Origin: Candidatus Pelearchaeum maunauluense
GTDB taxonomy: Archaea; Thermoproteota; Nitrososphaeria_A; Caldarchaeales; Caldarchaeaceae
Direction of reading: 5' to 3'
Assembly: GCA_030059675.1 (NCBI GenBank)
Contig: JANVYQ010000005.1
Span: 58,372-122,371, forward strand
Length of the DNA stretch: 64,000 nt
The translations under genes and the position numbers were made by a program. Below, piece by piece: positions 58,529 through 64,000 of the stretch. The notes below the pieces were generated by a model, which was given only the letters and a program-made list of their open reading frames with translations, was not told the origin of the DNA and searched no databases. Every line of letters begins with the position of its first letter. Position 1 is the stretch's first letter.

Positions 58529-60399
58529 AGAGAGCTTCTCTGCCTCCTAACAGCAGCCAACGCCGTTAGCAACGTTACAGTAGCCGCCAGCGCGGTTATC
58601 AACGGAATAGGACCGCTTACAAGAGCCAACAACGAACCAGCTATCGTCTCGCCTATCTCCTGTATGACCACCGTATGGACAGACCACTCTGGTATCAGCA
58701 GGACAACCTGCACGCCCTCAGATGTTATTGCCAGGAAGTATGTAGGCTCCTCAGCCGTTGCAGCCATCACCTTATAGATGTCATCGGCAAACACCGCTGG
58801 CTGGCCATCAACGGTAACGAGTATCTCGTTTGACAGTGAGGCGTTTATGAGAGCCCTGTCCACGTCTATTATGATTATCCTAGCAGTAGCCCCATCGGGG
58901 GCTGATACGTTCATTTTGATGAAGCCCTCCGTTATGTTTAGCGGCAGTATGGATACGTCAATTTCTTTCTTTAGGACTATCGTCTTCATCATGCTCTTAC
59001 CAGCCGTTGGAGATGGCGCTGTCTCCACGTTGAAGGTGGCAACAGCCCCTACTGGCGGTGATGAGCTTATCTGCGTCTCCAACGTTGGTTCTTCATCTTC
59101 CACACCCATACGGCGCTCTATCCGCTGGAATGTTGTTTGATTGCCCGATGTTATGAGCCTCTCTTCAATTATTACACGCGTTCCGTTTGGGTATGTTATC
59201 TCCGTCTTAATCTTATATATCACGTTATCCTCCAGAACCATAACCTCAAGCTCACGAGATAGTTGCGTACCGTTGGCGAAGGCCCGCTCCTCCTCGGTCT
59301 TCCTGACCGCGATTACGCTGGTATTCCTTACGTCTATTCCCTCAAGACCTATCTCCTCGCTTGTCTCCACGCTTTCGCCAATCTCTTCCTCCAACCTCTC
59401 AAGGGCGTGCTCATTGTTTTCGATGAGTGCTTTTGCTTGTTTTATTAATGCGCTGGCTCTATTAGGGTCTTGCTGTAGTATGCTCTCTGCGTCGTTGAGT
59501 ATCTTCTCAGCTTCTCTTAACAGGTTTTCTACGATGGATGAGTTGGCGCCTAGTGTCTGAGCTCTAGCGATGAGTTGTTGCAGCTTCTCTCTGGCTTCTT
59601 GGAGTTTTTCAAGTGCTTCGCTTATCTGTTCTTGGCGTCGTTCCTGCTCTTCGCGCTGGCGTTCAGCCTGCTTTGCAAGGTCTTCAGCCTGTCGTTCAAC
59701 ATTATGCGCTATCCGCGCTGCTTGGCGTGCCAGTTTAATCGCTTGAGCAGCATTCCTCTCTACTAGTAGCTGCCGAGCCTGTTCGAGCAGTTGCTCGGCT
59801 TCGCTAAGAAGCGAGGAAAGCGACGCTGTATCAGCGCCTTCGCGGGCAGCCTCATTCAGCTTCTCCAACGCGTCACTAATAGCGTCCATCGCGTCATCTA
59901 TCGCATCACGCGCCTTCTCAATAAGTTCCCTCCTACGCTCCTCCGCTGTTTCGGTAACCTCGGTCAGCGTAGCAGTAGTCATAGTGGTTGTTGTGGTCTC
60001 TTCATGAAGCTCCGTAGTCGTTGTCAGTTCGGTCTCGGTTTCGGTGGTTATAGTTGTTGTCTCGGTAATTGTATGTTCTTCCTCAGTCTCCGTGTGCTCC
60101 GTCTCTGTATGAGTGGTTTCTATCGTCTCGGTTCGTGTGGTGCGCGTCTCTTCGGCCTCTGTATGTGTTTCTATAGTTCTGGTAGTGTTGGTCGTTGTTT
60201 CTGTTATTTCTTCTTCATCAGTGGGGCGGGGTTTCTTTGTCTTTGTAGCGTGATGCGTGGTTTCCTCCTCATCGTCATCATGGGATTCATCGTCGTCAGC
60301 CTGTGCCACCATGAGGCTAACCTGCATAACTTGTAGCAGGAGAATTACGAGTAACAGGGAGGCAACGAGCTTTGTTATGCGCGTCATTCCATGTTTCAC
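58525..60399 (-). CDS. Large secreted/surface protein: signal peptide, acidic-His patch, Thr/Glu linker, helical coiled-coil stalk, beta domain, C-terminal TM
   Basis: Composition and architecture read from the translation; ends in TM + RRQR. Confidence 0.8.
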   Translation of the reverse strand: MKHGMTRITKLVASLLLVILLLQVMQVSLMVAQADDDESHDDDEEETTHHATKTKKPRPTDEEEITETTTNTTRTIETHTEAEETRTTRTETIETTHTETEHTETEEEHTITETTTITTETETELTTTTELHEETTTTTMTTATLTEVTETAEERRRELIEKARDAIDDAMDAISDALEKLNEAAREGADTASLSSLLSEAEQLLEQARQLLVERNAAQAIKLARQAARIAHNVERQAEDLAKQAERQREEQERRQEQISEALEKLQEAREKLQQLIARAQTLGANSSIVENLLREAEKILNDAESILQQDPNRASALIKQAKALIENNEHALERLEEEIGESVETSEEIGLEGIDVRNTSVIAVRKTEEERAFANGTQLSRELEVMVLEDNVIYKIKTEITYPNGTRVIIEERLITSGNQTTFQRIERRMGVEDEEPTLETQISSSPPVGAVATFNVETAPSPTAGKSMMKTIVLKKEIDVSILPLNITEGFIKMNVSAPDGATARIIIIDVDRALINASLSNEILVTVDGQPAVFADDIYKVMAATAEEPTYFLAITSEGVQVVLLIPEWSVHTVVIQEIGETIAGSLLALVSGPIPLITALAATVTLLTALAAVRRQRSSL

Positions 60400-60418
60400 C
60401 GCTGTCTGGAAAGGGCGG

Positions 60419-60490
60419 CTAATTATCTTATCAGTATTCCTTTTCCGAATTTTCTAGAGAACACTCCGAGATAATTAGTGACGGAGATAA
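60419..60490. promoter_or_regulatory. Candidate operator in the divergent intergenic region
   Basis: Perfect 10-bp inverted repeat CTAATTATCT (60419-28) / AGATAATTAG (60469-78), plus a third GAGATAA at 60484-90. Confidence 0.5.
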
Positions 60491-60514
60491 AATATACTTT
60501 AATATTTTTGATGA

Positions 60515-61369
60515 TTGTTCATGATGAAGGGCTTGGGCGAAGACGAGAGAAATGGCGATTTGAACTATTTTAACGCCTTACGCAACCCGATTAGAAGGCG
60601 GATTCTACAGCTCCTCTATGAGAATGGTGAGATGAGCGCATCTGCGCTTAAGCGTGCCTTAAGCGTCAGCATGGGCACATTATACTATCATTTGGATATA
60701 CTTAGGCCATTCTTGAGGCAGACGAGCCAGAAGCGTTATGCTTTGAATGAGCTTGGGGTTCAGGCTATCGTTGGCTCAGTGCCTGTTCAGCCGATTGTGG
60801 AGCCCCGCGAGCCTAGGTATGTGCGTGTAGCCAAGGCTTTGGCGTTGTCCCCGCTGTTGGACAGAGCTGGAGCTAGGCCGGCGCTAGCTCTACCCATAGC
60901 AGCCACCCTAGCGCTAACATACGTGGAGCTTCTCCAGCTTCTAGGCCTAAAGCCCATCTCAATATACTACCTACCAGCCAGCAGCGGCCCTATTCCCGAC
61001 ATGCTTTGGAGCCCGCTAAACCTTATTGCGATTCTGCTTTACTTCTTCATCGTAGGCAAGCTTACGCGCCGTTCCACAGCGGATTCGTGGAAGCTTCCTC
61101 TCGCGGTGGCGGTTTTGATGGCCACCTTACCTACCCAGTTCTTCCTAATCTACACCGTCTTGGCAGCTCAGGGTGTTGTAGCGGGGGGCGTGTTCATCCA
61201 AGCCACCTATGTTGTTACCTCGGTTTGGCAGCTAGCCACCTTCAGCGCCGCGTTGAACGTCTCTTCGGGCGCTTCCTGGGAGAGAGCCCTCGTAGCCTCG
61301 CTCTTCCTCTCATACATAGGGCTGGTCATTTTGCAGGCGCTTGGATATAACCCGCTACTCCTACGCTAA
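60515..61369 (+). CDS. ArsR-like wHTH regulator fused to a multi-TM domain
   Basis: FNALRNPIRRRILQLL...GTLYYHLDIL...YALNELG followed by about 5 TM helices. Confidence 0.8.
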   Translation: MFMMKGLGEDERNGDLNYFNALRNPIRRRILQLLYENGEMSASALKRALSVSMGTLYYHLDILRPFLRQTSQKRYALNELGVQAIVGSVPVQPIVEPREPRYVRVAKALALSPLLDRAGARPALALPIAATLALTYVELLQLLGLKPISIYYLPASSGPIPDMLWSPLNLIAILLYFFIVGKLTRRSTADSWKLPLAVAVLMATLPTQFFLIYTVLAAQGVVAGGVFIQATYVVTSVWQLATFSAALNVSSGASWERALVASLFLSYIGLVILQALGYNPLLLR

Positions 61370-61402
61370 GCTCATAAACATCTTTCCTCATCTAATCGGT
61401 TC

Positions 61403-61954
61403 ATGATTCAGATAGGCATAGGCTGCTCAAGCGATAAGAATCCAATACCAACTGCTGTTGAGAAGGCGCGGCGATTTGCCGAGAAGATGGCCGAGTATAG
61501 GGATGAGGTTATCCTACTTACAGGCGGTAACGGCGGGCTTATGCGCGTTGTTTGCGAGGAGTATGTGAAGCGCGGCGGTATGACGCTTGGCGTTATACCC
61601 TATGAGGACGAGCACCGCAGCGAGGGAGACCCACGGTACAACCCATACAACACAATCGTATACCGCAGCGGCCAGACGTACCAGGCTAGGAGCATAGGCT
61701 TGGTGCGAAGCAGCGACGCCTTCGTCATACTAGGCGGCGGCTCTGGCACGATAATAGAAGCGCATCTGGCGTATATCTATGAGATACCGCTCATAGTATT
61801 GGTAGGCACGGGCTATGTGAGCGACGCGCTTATGCAGATGCATCCAGACGGGTATCTAGACCATCGTAGGGTTCAGCAGGCGTATTTCACTGAAGACCCC
61901 ATAGATGCTGCTGAGAGGGCGTATCAGTCAGCTAAGAGTAGGAGGGGTAGGTAG
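61403..61954 (+). CDS. LOG/SLOG-family Rossmann-fold protein (TIGR00725-like)
   Basis: TGGNGGLM, GVIP and RSSDAFVILGGGSGTIIE. Confidence 0.85.
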   Translation: MIQIGIGCSSDKNPIPTAVEKARRFAEKMAEYRDEVILLTGGNGGLMRVVCEEYVKRGGMTLGVIPYEDEHRSEGDPRYNPYNTIVYRSGQTYQARSIGLVRSSDAFVILGGGSGTIIEAHLAYIYEIPLIVLVGTGYVSDALMQMHPDGYLDHRRVQQAYFTEDPIDAAERAYQSAKSRRGR

Positions 61955-64000
61955 GTTTTTCTCTAGTTTCGAGAAGCCGCCGACGCGCGTTAGCTCGTAT
62001 AGCTGGTCAGCCGCCTCCTCCACCTCCCTATCATGGGTAACAACTATAGCTTGTGGGAGTAGCGCTCCCTCGCGTCTGAAGTTTGAGAGAAGCCTGACCA
62101 GCTCTCGCCGTTTCTCAGAGTCTAAATGTATTGTCGGCTCGTCCATGATTAGACACCCAACCTTCTCCCCCGCTAGTGCGGCAGCTACAGCTAGGCGGAG
62201 CGAGAGGGCTACAGCTATCTTCTCACCACCGCTTAGAGCATCTATAGGCTGCTCACCATCAGGCCCGTAGAGGTATATGTTATAATCCTCGTCAAGCCTT
62301 ATGTCGCTATAAGCCATGTTAAATGCTTGGAGGAATCGTCTTGCGTTGGCTTCAAGGCTAGCCTTGGTCGTTGAGCGTGCTGCGCGTTGAGCGCCGTCTC
62401 TACCAAATACCTGCCGTATGGCAGCAAGCCTGCGGAGCATATCTTCAAGCTGCGCCATCTTCCTGGCAGCCCTCTCAGCCTCCTCACACTCTCTACGTAG
62501 CCGCAAGACCTCCGTGTTGAGCGCTTTTTCACGCTCATCCAACCGCGCTGCTTCTTCGCGTATCTTAGCCAGCTTTTCCTGGATGCTACGGACAGCTCCT
62601 AAAGCGTTCTCGTATGCGGTTTCATCAAATCTTATTGCTGTCAGCTCCTGCTCCAGGCGGCGTAGCTCGCGCTCCTTCTCACCCAGCTCTGCCGCGAGCC
62701 TACTCCTCTCCGCGGCTATCTTCTCAGGAGGGCCGAACATATCCAACACACCGCGGAGTCTTAGATATTTTTCACGTCTATCGCGTAGTTTCTCAAGCTC
62801 TTGACGCCGTTTAGATAGCTTGTCGGTAATCATCCTCTCCTTCTCCTTGTAGTCGCTCAACCTCTTCAGCTCCTCCTCAATCTTCTTGGATTCGCGTTTC
62901 TTAGCTTCAAGGCGCTCAAGTAGTGATGAGAAGTTCTCGGCGCTTATCCTGAGTAATGCATCCCTCTCCTGGGTGAGTGTCTCCAAGAGGGCTTCTACAC
63001 GATTCTTATGTGTAAGGAGATGTCGCCTCTTCTCTTTAAGCTCCCCGTATTCGCGGTTTAATCTGTCTGTAATTTCCTGTAAGTGCTGCTGTGTTAGAGC
63101 CTGGCCACATAGTGGGCACTTATCGCTGGCGAGTCTAAGTCTCTCCAAATTCTCGCTACGAATGCTAAGCTCCGACTCAACAGCGCCCAGCTCCCTCTCA
63201 ATCTCCCTGATCTTCTCTTTAGCATCGTATAGCCTATTATCAGCTTCCCTCAGAAGCCTGCCCCGCACCTCCAAGAAATTATCAAGCTCCACAGCGGTGT
63301 CGGTAAGTCTGGAAAGCTGGCCTAACAGCTCGTTGAGCTCGCGTTCAACATCGCGTATTTCGCGTCGCGTATTTTCAAGCGATTCACGCAACATCTTCTC
63401 ACGGCCTAGGGCTGGCCTAATCTCATCCAACTCATGCTGGAGATTTTGGATTTCATTCTCAACCCTCTCTACGGCAGTTAGGCCTTCTTCATGCTTGGAA
63501 AGCTCTGAGCTAGCCTCTTCAACCATCTTAAGCCTCTTATCCGCCTCGTTGAGACGCTCACGCAGTATATTCACCTCGTTTCTAATTTTGTTGGCCTCGT
63601 TTGATAGGCTCTCATGTCGCCGCTTCATGCGCTCCAAATCCTCAACGCGGTGCTCAGCGTTGGCCAGCTCTTCTGAGGCCTTCTCCAACTCTCCCATGAT
63701 GCGCTGCTTACTACTACTTATCTCGGATAACTCGTTCTCAGCGTTCTCCAGCTTTAGGCGGGTCTCATTAAGGTTCTTGGCGATGCTTGAGTAGTGGGAT
63801 ATTCTATCCTCTATTAGTTTTATTGGTAGGCGTAGGGCGCTCCATATTCTCTCTAGCGTCTCAATCCCTAGCAGTTCTGCGATTATCTTCTTACGCTCCG
63901 CTGGGCGCATCTCTATTAGCCGCGCTATCTCCCCCTGCCTGACGAAGACAGCGTTCATAAACACCTCCCTCCCCATTCCGAGGAGCTTCTCCAGCTCTGG
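61928..64000 (-). CDS. rad50: Rad50/SbcC SMC-like ATPase, 5' end outside the window
   Basis: Q-loop VFVRQGE, coiled coils, zinc hook CPLCG, LSGGE signature and Walker B/D-loop IMDEPTIHLD; frame open to 64000. Confidence 0.9.
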   Translation of the reverse strand, partial: PELEKLLGMGREVFMNAVFVRQGEIARLIEMRPAERKKIIAELLGIETLERIWSALRLPIKLIEDRISHYSSIAKNLNETRLKLENAENELSEISSSKQRIMGELEKASEELANAEHRVEDLERMKRRHESLSNEANKIRNEVNILRERLNEADKRLKMVEEASSELSKHEEGLTAVERVENEIQNLQHELDEIRPALGREKMLRESLENTRREIRDVERELNELLGQLSRLTDTAVELDNFLEVRGRLLREADNRLYDAKEKIREIERELGAVESELSIRSENLERLRLASDKCPLCGQALTQQHLQEITDRLNREYGELKEKRRHLLTHKNRVEALLETLTQERDALLRISAENFSSLLERLEAKKRESKKIEEELKRLSDYKEKERMITDKLSKRRQELEKLRDRREKYLRLRGVLDMFGPPEKIAAERSRLAAELGEKERELRRLEQELTAIRFDETAYENALGAVRSIQEKLAKIREEAARLDEREKALNTEVLRLRRECEEAERAARKMAQLEDMLRRLAAIRQVFGRDGAQRAARSTTKASLEANARRFLQAFNMAYSDIRLDEDYNIYLYGPDGEQPIDALSGGEKIAVALSLRLAVAAALAGEKVGCLIMDEPTIHLDSEKRRELVRLLSNFRREGALLPQAIVVTHDREVEEAADQLYELTRVGGFSKLEKNLPTPPTLS

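Noticed and set aside
59940-60300. Repetitive DNA that might be a CRISPR array or VNTR
   Set aside because: Low-complexity Thr/Glu codons without a fixed repeat-spacer period; no cas genes in the window.
62886-63794. 302-aa plus-strand ORF, and many similar Ser-rich antisense ORFs across the window
   Set aside because: They lie antisense to well-supported genes (here the Rad50 coiled coil). The Ser/Leu/Phe-rich composition mirrors Glu/Lys/Arg codons and shows no motifs.

Overview
Archaeal chromosomal window, most consistent with a thermophilic TACK lineage such as Aigarchaeota/Caldarchaeales. This is an inference from archaeal PGK, a BHB-intron tRNA, CdvB/ESCRT-III, DUF1512, type II MetAP, the KaiC/near-KaiC pair, and TATA/BRE promoters with many leaderless genes. 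It is densely coding and mostly housekeeping or metabolic. Contents in order: acyl-CoA carboxyltransferase (partial) and birA; hydantoinase/oxoprolinase A and B split by a KaiC module; a corrinoid-related locus (mutase B12 domain, cbiA, an Asn-synthase-like ligase, a Btu/Fec ABC importer); pyrG; pgk with a bacterial-type gap; a Liv-type ABC transporter; a LutB-LutA fusion with pduO; pgi/pmi; prepilin peptidase; gdh; mtaB-thiI; a cluster of accessory membrane proteins; rtcB, cdc48 and cdvB; two Zn dehydrogenases and an orphan E2; map; DUF1512; topoisomerase IA; a surface protein with a divergent membrane-bound wHTH regulator; and a partial rad50. Features I read from the DNA that the ORF track misses: tRNA-Asn(GTT) with a 66-nt BHB intron, tRNA-Ala(GGC), a 48-aa C2H2 zinc-finger ORF, a 46-aa single-TM ORF, two single-base frameshifts that split otherwise plausible genes, a decayed IS200/IS605 tnpB 3' end, several candidate operators, and repeated short-range A+C to G+T strand-skew switches. 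I saw no CRISPR array, rRNA or intact mobile element. All family calls are from motif recognition; no database searches were run.
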